From the sequence record PQ287642.1: a stretch of 64,000 bases of DNA. One strand, given 5' to 3'. The notes under the pieces are model-generated. The model ran no database searches, was not told the DNA's origin, and was given only the letters and a program-made list of their open reading frames with translations. Position 1 is the stretch's first letter. Each line of letters begins with the position of its first letter. The position numbers and the translations under genes were made by a program. Positions 27,452 to 37,652 of this stretch are shown piece after piece.

Positions 27452-29077
27452 TTATTTCTCGTCAGACAGGAGGTCTTCAAGATCATCCAAGTGGTCTTTC
27501 AACTTACTGTAGATTTCCTTCGCACTCTTAATGTTCACAACTTTACTGAGTTGATCAGCGTATTGCGCAATCGCCGAAGAATACTCCTTCATGTGAGTGA
27601 GCATCGTGTCATCAAAACGATTGTCATCTTCAATAAAGGAAGAATGCAAATTGCGAAGACCTTGAATGGCCGTCACTGGATCGATGGTGTTGTTTTTAAC
27701 ACAATCCCGAACATGCGCCTTGACGATAGAGAATACCCAGTCTCGTTCCTTCTTATCTTTGATAGAAGAGAAAACAATAGTCAGCGGAGAACGGAAATAC
27801 TCACCCCGGCGAATACTATCTGCCGAAAGTGCCGCAATCTTCATCGATTTTACATTGCCTCCTTCCTTATTAATTTTATTTGCGGTTTCACTAATACGCT
27901 GAGCCTCTTCAACAAGAAGTTGTGCAATAGAAGGACCAGAGAATTCACGATGGATAGCAGCACGCGCTTCTTCCTCTGGGGAAAGTTTACCACTCGTGAA
28001 AGCAGTAGAGATCCGATCAAGTGTATGCGTATTCTCTTCTACATGTTTGTCATTATCGTTATTATCACTCTCTGCATAGTAGAGATCAGTGAGACCTGGG
28101 TTTTGCAGGTATGACGAACTTTTCACTGTTTCATGTTCGAACCCAGTATTGATCCGATTACCACCACGGAAAATAGAAGGTACGGAACGAAGGCGAGTTT
28201 CAGCAATGAAATCATCACCGAGTTGGTTCGTTTTCTGGGAGGGCGCGTAACTAATCGGACCTTTCGAAGTATACTGACCAACGATGTACGGGTTATCGTG
28301 TTTGATTTCCTTTTTCTCCATTCGACCAGTAGAGATCAACCAATCTTCAAACAGCATCCCATTCATCTGGCCGGCTTCACAGCAACGTTTATAGAAGTTA
28401 ATATATTTCCCATAAACGATAGCTCGTTCATCGAGAGCTTTGCTATAATTGGAATTAAGGAAGTTCAGTACTTCCCCAACAGTTGGGATCTTGTTCGAAG
28501 GCAGGTTTCGAATATCCAGATCAATAGCTACTTTAACTGCCAGTTCTTTAACGAACTTGCCGTTATACCCAATGAAATCCATGCGATGTTCTGTAGGTAT
28601 AACGCTGGCGATGAAGTCAGTAATGGCTTCGGCAAGATTAATGTCAATATTCTTGTCTTTGGATTGCATCTCACTATTCTCCACTTTGTCAATAAGTTCG
28701 TCGTATTTACCGGACTGAGCCAACATGATACCTTCGCGTTGTCTCTCGTAATACCAGTCTTCAAAAAGAATACCTGTATTACTTTTCTGATATGTTTCTT
28801 TAAATATACTGAAATTTTCAGACATCGCTTTAACGCGATCAGAAACAGTATTAAGGAACTGAACACGGATGTGATTATTAATAACGTCCGTGGGTGCATG
28901 AAAATCCGGAAGGGTTTTCAAAATCTCATCGAACATGGCTTTAACAAATTTCGGGTTATGTATCACGAAAAGATCCGTGTTAATTCGACCCATCGTTTCC
29001 TCGAAGAAACGTCTGAGCGAATTATTGACAACAGCAAGTTTATAAGAAGACGTGCTGTTCAATGCTTTATTTATCAT
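27452..29077 (-). CDS. Hypothetical protein (position of phiKZ gp53)
   Basis: 541-aa ORF, AAGGA RBS, early promoter. Confidence 0.75.
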   Translation of the reverse strand: MINKALNSTSSYKLAVVNNSLRRFFEETMGRINTDLFVIHNPKFVKAMFDEILKTLPDFHAPTDVINNHIRVQFLNTVSDRVKAMSENFSIFKETYQKSNTGILFEDWYYERQREGIMLAQSGKYDELIDKVENSEMQSKDKNIDINLAEAITDFIASVIPTEHRMDFIGYNGKFVKELAVKVAIDLDIRNLPSNKIPTVGEVLNFLNSNYSKALDERAIVYGKYINFYKRCCEAGQMNGMLFEDWLISTGRMEKKEIKHDNPYIVGQYTSKGPISYAPSQKTNQLGDDFIAETRLRSVPSIFRGGNRINTGFEHETVKSSSYLQNPGLTDLYYAESDNNDNDKHVEENTHTLDRISTAFTSGKLSPEEEARAAIHREFSGPSIAQLLVEEAQRISETANKINKEGGNVKSMKIAALSADSIRRGEYFRSPLTIVFSSIKDKKERDWVFSIVKAHVRDCVKNNTIDPVTAIQGLRNLHSSFIEDDNRFDDTMLTHMKEYSSAIAQYADQLSKVVNIKSAKEIYSKLKDHLDDLEDLLSDEK

Positions 29078-29119
29078 TACAATTTCCTTTTCTTTGATTA
29101 GGGTGAATATATCAAAACT

Positions 29120-29137
29120 ATGATATAGATTTGAAAT
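29120..29137 (-). promoter_or_regulatory. Early promoter variant
   Basis: ATTTCAAATCTATATCAT. Confidence 0.7.
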
Positions 29138-29158
29138 AATTTCTAATGGACGAAAACC

Positions 29159-30244
29159 ATGTACATGCTATTCCGGGACGCCCCAGCGCGGCGCTTAGGG
29201 CAAGCAGTTGACCCAAAGATCGTCTATCTCCGTAGGACGTATCGGGAACTGATCAATGATGTAAAAACGTATTACCGTCGAGCCCCCAAAGCGGTTGGCT
29301 CGGCTAATATTTTCGCCAACATGATTCAACATTTTATCATCGACTGGAAGATTGATGATGCCGCTTGGGCAAAGAAGGTTGAAGATCAGGCTAAAGGTTT
29401 ATCACGCGTATTTGGTCTTACCTCAGCTATTAATAGAGGGAAGATTCATGAGAAGGGGATTACACTAGGTCCCAACTGTGAAGAAGTCGCTATTGCCAGT
29501 TATGAGAAGTTCGAGAAGGAGGGTCTCGGAAAGCGCTGGAGAGATCTGACTCCAGTTAAATATCTTTATCATACCCGGACAGACGTGAATCTTCCAATGA
29601 TGAATAATACTACAGCTGGTAAAGGTTACGGTGTTATCACAGTTAACATTCCAATGCTGTTAGTTCAATATCGCTATTGGTTACGTTGGCAACAACAACG
29701 TGGTGTAGAACAACTAGAGAATGCCTATCGCTTCGTTGGGAGTATCATCCTCCCCAACATGGTAGAGAGCTATTTAGATGTTGCTTACTTCAATAGGTTA
29801 TCTCGACAAGCACAGGGTATCAAATGTTTGAATTTCCCTGTATCTCATCCTTTCTATCTAACTGACATGACTCCACGGGTTGATAAGCTCGTAGAGAATG
29901 TAAACTTTGAGAACTCTATTAAAGGCATAGAGCTGGAAGGTCTAGCTTGGATTACTCCTGCTATTGTTAAGACTAATCTTTTCGAAGTTATGGAGATTCC
30001 TCGGGAACCTATCACGTATCAAAACGAATGGGCTTACACTTTAGCACGTCTACCGTACATTAAGTATCTAGTAACCATGCTTAAGAAGAACCCAGGTTAC
30101 GACCGTTCCCAGATGAACGAAGTATTAATCGATCTGATTGACGCTACCAACGACCAAGTCTTCAAAACCGCTGGTAATACCGAAATGGTTAAAGCGCTAC
30201 GTCGTGATGTAGCTATCCTAATTGAAGAAATGAAAAAAACATAA
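29159..30244 (+). CDS. Conserved core protein (phiKZ gp52-like), probably virion
   Basis: 361 aa, divergent from the chmA block as in phiKZ. Confidence 0.6.
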   Translation: MYMLFRDAPARRLGQAVDPKIVYLRRTYRELINDVKTYYRRAPKAVGSANIFANMIQHFIIDWKIDDAAWAKKVEDQAKGLSRVFGLTSAINRGKIHEKGITLGPNCEEVAIASYEKFEKEGLGKRWRDLTPVKYLYHTRTDVNLPMMNNTTAGKGYGVITVNIPMLLVQYRYWLRWQQQRGVEQLENAYRFVGSIILPNMVESYLDVAYFNRLSRQAQGIKCLNFPVSHPFYLTDMTPRVDKLVENVNFENSIKGIELEGLAWITPAIVKTNLFEVMEIPREPITYQNEWAYTLARLPYIKYLVTMLKKNPGYDRSQMNEVLIDLIDATNDQVFKTAGNTEMVKALRRDVAILIEEMKKT

Positions 30245-30249
30245 TAAAC

Positions 30250-30281
30250 AGCCCCTACCCGAAGGTAGGGGCTTTATGTCG
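30250..30281. terminator. Bidirectional hairpin with TTATGTCG tail
   Basis: AGCCCCTACC-CGAA-GGTAGGGGCT. Confidence 0.85.
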
Positions 30282-30704
30282 TTATTTGAATTGTTCCAAG
30301 AGTTTATCGTAGAACTCTTGATTCTTCTTCTTAGTCGCCTCAGCGCGAAGACCGACCAGTTCTTTCTTCAGTACTTTAGCCTTGAGGAACTGATAACCAG
30401 AATACCAATTGATATCTTTAGATGGAACGTCTTCACACTCAGCATATACATCCGACAACAAACGAATGTAACGCTGATTACGAATACTGTTCTTTACAGT
30501 TTCGGCTTTTAGGTTAGGGTACTTAGCGATCAGCTTATCCCATACATCTTTCTTTATCGAAATAGAGATGTGCTGTGGGTCGATCTGCCGTCTAACTGAT
30601 ACAGCTAGTGCAGCCATACCAGTCACAACGAAGTCATTAGAAGATAAATTGTAATGACTCTTAACCCTGAGTAGTGGACCATGGACCTTTGGGTTATGGA
30701 TCAT
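30282..30704 (-). CDS. Hypothetical basic protein
   Basis: 140-aa ORF. Confidence 0.7.
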   Translation of the reverse strand: MIHNPKVHGPLLRVKSHYNLSSNDFVVTGMAALAVSVRRQIDPQHISISIKKDVWDKLIAKYPNLKAETVKNSIRNQRYIRLLSDVYAECEDVPSKDINWYSGYQFLKAKVLKKELVGLRAEATKKKNQEFYDKLLEQFK

Positions 30705-30712
30705 ATTAACCT

Positions 30713-30739
30713 CGACATAAAGCCCAGCTTAAGCTGGGC
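30713..30739 (-). terminator. Hairpin with TTTATGTCG tail
   Basis: GCCCAGC-TTAA-GCTGGGC. Confidence 0.8.
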
Positions 30740-30746
30740 GTTTAAG

Positions 30747-31916
30747 TTAAACCTGTTCACCGTCCTGTGCAGAGACTTCCTCAACAGGTTTCAGGGGTTT
30801 ACTATCAGCACGCTCTTGGAACTTATCCAGGAGACGTTTCTGATACTCAGGGATAGCCTCACCGGAAACAGTTTCAACGAAAGAACTCAGGGTATGGTTC
30901 TTGAGGATCTCACGTTTAATACCATCTTGGGTCTGAGTTTGAATCTGACTCAGCTTAGCCAAAATAGATCCACCCATCAAAGCTTTCACCATACCGGACT
31001 TACAGTTGGTGATATGCTTGGAACGCTTGGCACCTTTCTTTTTCTTACGGCGGGTGCGCATGCGGGATTCGATCGAATCGATTTCGGTCGGCTCAGCTTC
31101 AACAGTTTCCATTTTGCTCAGGTGTTGTTCCAGAAGGTCAGTAGACATTGCAGATTCAGTATCAGTAGATTCCAACATGATGTTGTTATGTCCTAGTTCA
31201 CGAAGTTTATTGTACATGTAGAGACGGCTATTCGTTTTGGGAATGTCGTCCAATACAGGAGAGGAAATGATTTGGAGTTCGCCCGGTTTGAAGCCCTTGG
31301 TGAAAACGTCGTTTATACTCAACCATTCAGGAGGAGTAACGATACCATCGAACTTTGGCATTTCATTACATTCGGTATCGTAGGTGGGTATCTTTTTCAT
31401 AAGTACCTCATGTCGTGTACCAGGTAGTTCACCGTTTTTGCTGATCAGGTTATTGTACTGGGTCCATAGTCTTTGGCTTTGCGAAGTTGTCGATCTTGTA
31501 CCATGCAATACCCAGCTACGACGAACAAGGGTCATACCAGCCCAAAGAGTTTCTAGTTGATCCTTAGAGAGTTCTTCATGTTCTTTCATGAAGTTAGCGA
31601 TAAGATCATCTAATTCTTGGAGTTCATCCGGTAGATATCCTGCAAGTGTATAACCCGAGTAAGAATCTGTAATCAGTTTGCCTTCCGGAGCGAATGCCTG
31701 ACGTAGAGCAACATCAAAATGGCAGTACATGTTGTAATCCAACAGTAATGCTTGTTCCATATAGGGGTAGTCTAAGCCAAGTGTACAGATCTTTGCGAAA
31801 CGGCTAGCTCCAGGTTGAGCAATCTCACCACATAGATTACCATCCAGTACATTGTAAGTACCGAAAGGAAAAGATACAACTTCTTTATTTTGCGTTGGAT
31901 TGGAATTATACATCAT
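30747..31916 (-). CDS. Hypothetical protein with a degenerate DnaB/RecA-like segment
   Basis: 389 aa; FTKGFKPGELQIISS...PKT. Confidence 0.6.
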   Translation of the reverse strand: MMYNSNPTQNKEVVSFPFGTYNVLDGNLCGEIAQPGASRFAKICTLGLDYPYMEQALLLDYNMYCHFDVALRQAFAPEGKLITDSYSGYTLAGYLPDELQELDDLIANFMKEHEELSKDQLETLWAGMTLVRRSWVLHGTRSTTSQSQRLWTQYNNLISKNGELPGTRHEVLMKKIPTYDTECNEMPKFDGIVTPPEWLSINDVFTKGFKPGELQIISSPVLDDIPKTNSRLYMYNKLRELGHNNIMLESTDTESAMSTDLLEQHLSKMETVEAEPTEIDSIESRMRTRRKKKKGAKRSKHITNCKSGMVKALMGGSILAKLSQIQTQTQDGIKREILKNHTLSSFVETVSGEAIPEYQKRLLDKFQERADSKPLKPVEEVSAQDGEQV

Positions 31917-31937
31917 ATTTTCTCATCTGTGGATTTA

Positions 31938-31965
31938 CGACATAAAGGAGTCCCGAAGGACTCCT
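31938..31965 (-). terminator. Hairpin with TTTATGTCG tail
   Basis: AGGAGTCC-TTCG-GGACTCCT. Confidence 0.8.
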
Positions 31966-31970
31966 CTGGT

Positions 31971-32135
31971 TTAAAGTTTTCCAATGTAATCAATAATGAT
32001 CGGTCCCTTGAACTCAATACCACTACGGACTATGCGGTCGTTACATGGTTGCTTGGCTGTAACGATAACCACATCTTTATTAAACGTGAATTTACGCATA
32101 CGTTCATAGATCATTTTCAATTCAGGATCGCTCAT
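31971..32135 (-). CDS. Small protein (54 aa), below the ORF-track cutoff
   Basis: MSDPELKMIYERMRKFTFNKDVVIVTAKQPCNDRIVRSGIEFKGPIIIDYIGKL; AGAGGT RBS; fills the gap between the polymerase gene and the terminator. Confidence 0.7.
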   Translation of the reverse strand: MSDPELKMIYERMRKFTFNKDVVIVTAKQPCNDRIVRSGIEFKGPIIIDYIGKL

Positions 32136-32145
32136 TATTCACCTC

Positions 32146-34296
32146 TTAATAGAAATCGGAAATCAAACGAGTGTTACCTTTATCGATCAGGAAGATACCC
32201 AAAGATTCAAAGATCAGATAGAAGACACCCATCGTGTTGGAGATGATCGTACGAACATCCGCTACACGTGTGATCTCATCTGGGATACCACGGTTTTCTA
32301 CAACAGACATTGGAACATGGAAGTTGGTAATACCAGTCTTCTTATTTTCCATAGCCCAGCGTTTTAGACGCATGGCCAAGCCTTTATCTTCGATGGATTC
32401 AACCCATTCGTTAAAACGGGTTCTGTTGTCAACCGTTACAGAAATCTTTACGAAACTATAAGGTGGTTCTTCAATCTCACCAAAGGATGGACTGCATACT
32501 TCTTTCCAGAAAGTATGTTTGGCATAAGTGGCATTATCTTCAGATTTGTATGCATCTATTTTCTTACACTTACCAGTGGTAAGATATTCAGCTTTACCAG
32601 AACGTACAGATGCGATAATGTCTCTTTCCAGATCTGCTACTTCTTTCAACATTGCTGGTAGATCTAAAGGTGTTTCAGCTTTAATGGATTTAATAATATC
32701 ATCCATCATTCGCTTAGCGGTCTTGTTGATCTTCGGTGGAACTTTAGAATCTCGAAGGCCGACACCTTTAACTTCCATACGTGCTTTAGCAAACATAACA
32801 CCCTCTTGTGCATCTTGAGACGCGTAGTAGTGTTTTGAACGTGTGGTCAGGGAAAGTACCGCGAAGTAATATTCGTTCTTCATAGCGAGCAGGCGGAGCT
32901 TCTCTTTCGATACGCCCATGTTAGCCGATTGAATCGCTAGAATGTGTGCTACAACACACGACACCAAGAATACCAACGCAAACACTAGACGCTTGGCTTC
33001 GTCAGTGAAAGTGATCTTACCAAAGAACTCTTCTACCCAATACTGCATCGTGAACATGGTCGAGTCTGTATCGGAAATAACAGCTGCACGACGATAAGCA
33101 GTTGGGAAAGCATGAATGCTGGAAGGAACGTTCTTGGTCAGCAATAGTGCATCAATAAGACGCTTGTATTTCCACAGCGTATCAGAGATGTTCTTACCTG
33201 TTGCATAGATCTTGTCGAATACTTCAGGAGACTCTTTACTCAGCTTGTCGTAGTTACGACCTTTAACCAAGTCAAAGCAGATGAAGTTAGCCAACAGTTG
33301 GAGGTCACCATCGTAAGTGTTGTAAACTTCTTTGGTAACCTTTTGTTCATCGGTACCTACTTTAGCAAGCTCAGTCAGGAAACCGCGAATCAAAGTTTTG
33401 TTATGTTTGTAAGTATGATACAGATCACCTACGTACATAACAGCAGCACGTTGTAGTGGTGTGAAGCCAGTAACCAACATCCGAATCTGTTCGGTGTAGT
33501 CACGGTTCTGCCAATAGTGCGCAGTCGAATACAGAACCATCTCAACCACTTCTTCCGGAGTCGGATAGTGCATGTTGAAATGTTCGATGCAATCTTTCAG
33601 CTTCTTCATGTCGGTGTTGTTAGCAATCGACAGAAGATTAGCCTTGGTGATTTCCGGACTATAATAGTGACGGTTACCGGTGATGAACTTCTCGTTGTTA
33701 GCGTTAGCATACGAGGTTGCTGTACGGCAGGTCGATGTCAAACTGGAGTGAGTCGACTTGTAATACAGAATTGTTGCAGCTGATACGGTTGCTCCACTAT
33801 AGGAGTTATTGTTAATTTTGAAGTTCTCTTGTTCGCCTTTACGAACCTGGGCAAGTTCTGCTGCTTCAGGAGTACCTTCACCTTCCAACCGCATTTGTTC
33901 TTTCTTTACACGTTTACGGTTAGCAACACCTTCAGCAATATACTGCGAGTGTGTAGACTGTCGCTGTGATTCTGGGAGATACACAGTCATACTCGGCGAC
34001 AGCAAAAGATTCTGTTTTTCTACGCGTCCAAGAAAACCCATAAAAGTGGTTTCTTTAAGACTACGGTCACCATGGGGGTTTTTATCAACCACCAGGGTTT
34101 TTGGATTATTCAAGGCAAATTGACCTTGAGGACGAGATTGTTCTTTTACAAACTCCAGACAGGTTTCAAAATCATCTCCCGTCATTGCCGAGATATAAAG
34201 AGCCTGATCATTGAGGTATCCTTCAATGATGTTCAAGTCACGGGCATATTCATCGACCGGGAGAATGAACGGGTTAGGCATACTGCACTGGTTCAT
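32146..34296 (-). CDS. Family B DNA polymerase, polymerase-domain subunit (phiKZ gp50-like)
   Basis: 716 aa; KINNNSYSG (motif B), SDTDS (motif C), KHYY, EVKGV. Confidence 0.9.
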   Translation of the reverse strand: MNQCSMPNPFILPVDEYARDLNIIEGYLNDQALYISAMTGDDFETCLEFVKEQSRPQGQFALNNPKTLVVDKNPHGDRSLKETTFMGFLGRVEKQNLLLSPSMTVYLPESQRQSTHSQYIAEGVANRKRVKKEQMRLEGEGTPEAAELAQVRKGEQENFKINNNSYSGATVSAATILYYKSTHSSLTSTCRTATSYANANNEKFITGNRHYYSPEITKANLLSIANNTDMKKLKDCIEHFNMHYPTPEEVVEMVLYSTAHYWQNRDYTEQIRMLVTGFTPLQRAAVMYVGDLYHTYKHNKTLIRGFLTELAKVGTDEQKVTKEVYNTYDGDLQLLANFICFDLVKGRNYDKLSKESPEVFDKIYATGKNISDTLWKYKRLIDALLLTKNVPSSIHAFPTAYRRAAVISDTDSTMFTMQYWVEEFFGKITFTDEAKRLVFALVFLVSCVVAHILAIQSANMGVSKEKLRLLAMKNEYYFAVLSLTTRSKHYYASQDAQEGVMFAKARMEVKGVGLRDSKVPPKINKTAKRMMDDIIKSIKAETPLDLPAMLKEVADLERDIIASVRSGKAEYLTTGKCKKIDAYKSEDNATYAKHTFWKEVCSPSFGEIEEPPYSFVKISVTVDNRTRFNEWVESIEDKGLAMRLKRWAMENKKTGITNFHVPMSVVENRGIPDEITRVADVRTIISNTMGVFYLIFESLGIFLIDKGNTRLISDFY

Positions 34297-34440
34297 ATTT
34301 CCTCTCTTAAAATTTGATCTTTCAAGAGATGGCTACGCTAAAACGGAAAAAAATTAGGACACCCAATGGATGTCCAAAGATTGAGCGGTAGCACATCAAA
34401 TTACTTTCACATATTGATGTGCCACAAGGTAAAAGTTCGC

Positions 34441-34471
34441 GACGACATATATGCCCTCCGAGTGGAGGGCA
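34441..34471 (-). terminator. Hairpin with TATATGTCG tail
   Basis: TGCCCTCC-ACTC-GGAGGGCA. Confidence 0.7.
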
Positions 34472-34477
34472 CTATGT

Positions 34478-34885
34478 TTATTCCAAGACAACTGAATCTG
34501 GAACTTCGTTATTCATCTTGCAAGCTTCGATGATTCGTTCCAAACGTCGTTGATCGATATTCTGGAATACTAAGGTAGCTTTCTGACCGTTGTTGACGAC
34601 CACGCTTCCTTCACGAATCCATGGAATACCAATATACTGGTGCTGCCCACCTTCAAATTCAACGCGTACATAACTGTACTGCGATGGATCGTTTGGTGTA
34701 CCCGCTGGGAGAGTCGGATACACGTTTTGGTGAGCGGCGATTAAATCGAAACCCAGGATACGTACAAGATTTGCGTCTAGGAATGCGGCCAGTGTTACAT
34801 TCTTAAAGTTGTTTCCGTATTGTGCAGACGGATAAACTTCAAAACTGATTTTCTGGCCAATTGCTACGTCACGAATGGATGGCAT
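34478..34885 (-). CDS. Conserved core protein (gp49-like)
   Basis: 135 aa, GGAG RBS; synteny with the polymerase. Confidence 0.65.
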   Translation of the reverse strand: MPSIRDVAIGQKISFEVYPSAQYGNNFKNVTLAAFLDANLVRILGFDLIAAHQNVYPTLPAGTPNDPSQYSYVRVEFEGGQHQYIGIPWIREGSVVVNNGQKATLVFQNIDQRRLERIIEACKMNNEVPDSVVLE

Positions 34886-34908
34886 GATTGACTCCGTTGA
34901 ACTGATTG

Positions 34909-35334
34909 TTAAGCACTCATAGGTTTGCGCGAAACCACGAATGCAAACGATCCATTCATATCAATCGGCCACATTGACAGAACGTCTAATAACGGGTTAT
35001 TCAGTGTAAACTCTTTAAAGACTTTATACATCTCAACCACGTTGATATCATCGTCGTCTAACAGATCGTCCGTAGCGCCGGCTGATTCGAGAATATGTAT
35101 CCCGAAATTGTTCATTACTTCTCGTTGAAAATAGAACAGAACGCGCTTACGGATTTGATCAACCGGCAACTTAATATCTTTACCTACTGTTGCAGCTAAT
35201 TCGTCTTCCAGGGAATCATCTACTTCCTTTTTATCCCGCTCGTCCATCCAACGATCCTGATAGAACCGCAATCCGAATCTCTCTGCATACTGAGCTCCTG
35301 CAATTGTACCAGCTATGACAAGATCATGTATCAT
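34909..35334 (-). CDS. Hypothetical protein
   Basis: 141-aa ORF, coupled to the upstream gene. Confidence 0.65.
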   Translation of the reverse strand: MIHDLVIAGTIAGAQYAERFGLRFYQDRWMDERDKKEVDDSLEDELAATVGKDIKLPVDQIRKRVLFYFQREVMNNFGIHILESAGATDDLLDDDDINVVEMYKVFKEFTLNNPLLDVLSMWPIDMNGSFAFVVSRKPMSA

Positions 35335-36118
35335 CGTTCAATCCCAACCCGATTTGTTCTTTAGTTACGCTAAGGGGTGAATTAATTGTACGCAAATATG
35401 ACTCACGATCCTCTGGCGGCAGCATTGCAAGCTGTAGCTCCTGTTCACGTTCAAGACGAGCTTGTTCGCGATACGGATTGTCATTAGGATTGTAAGGTTC
35501 ACGTACATGTGGACCATCGGCCGGATCATCTGTGTATGGAGCGTCAGGATTGTCACCGACCAGAACATAATAGCTGTCGTACTGACCAACAGCAAAGTTC
35601 TCTATCTTATCGATTAAACAGCCATTATTTTCCAAATCAGCGATCGCTGGTTGAAGACATTCTCCGAGCATTCCCGTTGTCTCTGCAAACTTAGCTTCAA
35701 GATAAAGCATAGTTGTAGAGTCATTAATAAGATCATTCTTAATGCTCGGGAAATATTCTTCTACGTAGTGTACAAAACCTACGTTTTCCTTAGCTGGGGC
35801 AGTTAGGATATATTCGACGTGTTTGTTAACACAGTCTTGCATGAGTGCAATAACAGAATCTTCTTCTGCTACATGATCGTCTTCGTTTTTTGGTACATGT
35901 GTCTGTAACATCTTGTTCCGGACAACATCTGTCATCTGAACAATCTGACGATCAATCACTTTAGAGTTGATCATGATCCCGCAAGTACGGGGACCAGCAG
36001 ATTCTTGAATCTGGGTTGGGGTGATGTAATGGGGTCTATTAGCAACACCAATTAGATCAACGGTGCCATCCGGATTGAAGATGTCGGGTATCGCTCGATG
36101 CATTTCTTGGACATTCAT
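35324..36118 (-). CDS. Hypothetical protein
   Basis: 264-aa ORF, ATGA/TAA-type coupling. Confidence 0.7.
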   Translation of the reverse strand: MNVQEMHRAIPDIFNPDGTVDLIGVANRPHYITPTQIQESAGPRTCGIMINSKVIDRQIVQMTDVVRNKMLQTHVPKNEDDHVAEEDSVIALMQDCVNKHVEYILTAPAKENVGFVHYVEEYFPSIKNDLINDSTTMLYLEAKFAETTGMLGECLQPAIADLENNGCLIDKIENFAVGQYDSYYVLVGDNPDAPYTDDPADGPHVREPYNPNDNPYREQARLEREQELQLAMLPPEDRESYLRTINSPLSVTKEQIGLGLNDDT

Positions 36119-36567
36119 TTAGGGGCCTCCATGGAGATCACCATTATTGAGAGTTTGTATTTGTCATAACCTACTATGTTCACAGTAGAAATTATCTCTG
36201 ATTTTGACTGGAACGAACGTAGGGTAGATACCATATCGTCCTTATAGGCATTTACACAGACATCCATCAATTCTCGAAAACGGAGGCGCCAATCGACAGC
36301 TTCACCATCGTCGTTAATTGTCTTTATGATGTCCTGACCATCAAAATCTTCACTAATAAGAGATAAATAAGAATCCTCCAGATAGAGCTCATAATAGCCA
36401 TCCCAGCTCGGTAGGTTTAAGTGCCCGACGTACTGCCAAACACAGTCGGCAAAGTAAGCCAGCACACGCTTAACTAGAAGCGCGTTTTCTTCCTTTACCA
36501 ACTGGTCGGTTAAAGTCTTCGATTCGAAAACCAGTAACGATCGCATGCTGTTGCCACTTACTCCCAT
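36115..36567 (-). CDS. Hypothetical acidic protein (start may be 36546)
   Basis: 150-aa ORF. Confidence 0.6.
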   Translation of the reverse strand: MGVSGNSMRSLLVFESKTLTDQLVKEENALLVKRVLAYFADCVWQYVGHLNLPSWDGYYELYLEDSYLSLISEDFDGQDIIKTINDDGEAVDWRLRFRELMDVCVNAYKDDMVSTLRSFQSKSEIISTVNIVGYDKYKLSIMVISMEAPK

Positions 36568-36907
36568 AGTACTCTAGCAGAAATCTAGCAGCTGTTCCTT
36601 TAAACATTATCGGGAATATACTAACAATTCCTCGTGGTAATGCTTTCAGAAATATGATCGCGTGCTCTAGAAACAACTCCTGATATCGTTCCGCTAGTTT
36701 ACCATTATAACTAAAATTTGGTATGGTAACATCCTTTGGTATTACCTCTGGATTTTCATTTAACGTCTTAGATACGCTAAGTACCCAAGTTATAACGTCA
36801 TCCCATACTCCTCCTGGACCGTAGCCCTTGAACTCTTTCTTCTTGTAGATCACTCGATGTAATCTTTCAAGCTCGTTGTAATTAGGGAAGAATATTCCCA
36901 GGTCCAT
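36470..36907 (-). CDS. Hypothetical protein
   Basis: Likely start MDLGIFF at 36907; overlaps both neighbours. Confidence 0.55.
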   Translation of the reverse strand: MDLGIFFPNYNELERLHRVIYKKKEFKGYGPGGVWDDVITWVLSVSKTLNENPEVIPKDVTIPNFSYNGKLAERYQELFLEHAIIFLKALPRGIVSIFPIMFKGTAARFLLEYYGSKWQQHAIVTGFRIEDFNRPVGKGRKRASS

Positions 36908-37256
36908 TGAGAAGACTAGGGACGCGGGTGGCGATAACATACACTGCATCTCCATAAGTTCTTAAGTAACGAAGTTCAATGGTGTCGGTTGGAAGGTATG
37001 ATATTATCTCTTTTATTTGTCGTCGGATTGTCCTAACGATACATTTACCAATATCTGAATCCATAAAAACTTCAGTGATAATTGCATCGTCATCGAGATC
37101 AGTTCCGTGACCTATATCAGCCTCAGCCATCAATATAGCTAATGAGTTGATATCGGATACCGTGAAGCCAACCAAATCTGCCCATGCTTCTATTTGCCGA
37201 CTACGAGGTCCATAAAGAACATCCATGGATAGCCTCACGAATATCGTCTCACGCAA
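36882..37256 (-). CDS. Hypothetical protein
   Basis: 124-aa ORF. Confidence 0.6.
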   Translation of the reverse strand: MRETIFVRLSMDVLYGPRSRQIEAWADLVGFTVSDINSLAILMAEADIGHGTDLDDDAIITEVFMDSDIGKCIVRTIRRQIKEIISYLPTDTIELRYLRTYGDAVYVIATRVPSLLNGPGNILP

Positions 37257-37641
37257 CGTAATACCCCACGATTAAGTAGACTGTATCTGATTTCTCGTCT
37301 AAGTAAACTTTTCTATTTGCGTAGTCAAGATGGATACAATCTGGGATAAGATATCCCAGTGCCTTAACCCTATTCATGACGAACTCAATGAGTATCTTGT
37401 CATGAGTATCTTTGGATTTAGATTTATTTGACTCTTTCTTGTATCCGCAGATTAAAAGAACTGATTTCTCAAAGAGCTCAATATGTTCTTCATTATCAAA
37501 GTCAAGCTGCCAGCAAATAGATGTGGCAATTAGATCGACAAGACCTTCTCGTCCGATATTACGCATTACATCGTAATATTTATCATCGACCATGCCGATG
37601 AAATCCGACGCCTTGAATGTTATCAATAACTGTTCTTTCAC
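37249..37641 (-). CDS. Hypothetical protein
   Basis: 130 aa, GTG start with GGAG RBS. Confidence 0.6.
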   Translation of the reverse strand: MKEQLLITFKASDFIGMVDDKYYDVMRNIGREGLVDLIATSICWQLDFDNEEHIELFEKSVLLICGYKKESNKSKSKDTHDKILIEFVMNRVKALGYLIPDCIHLDYANRKVYLDEKSDTVYLIVGYYVA

Positions 37642-37652
37642 ATTTATCTCTC

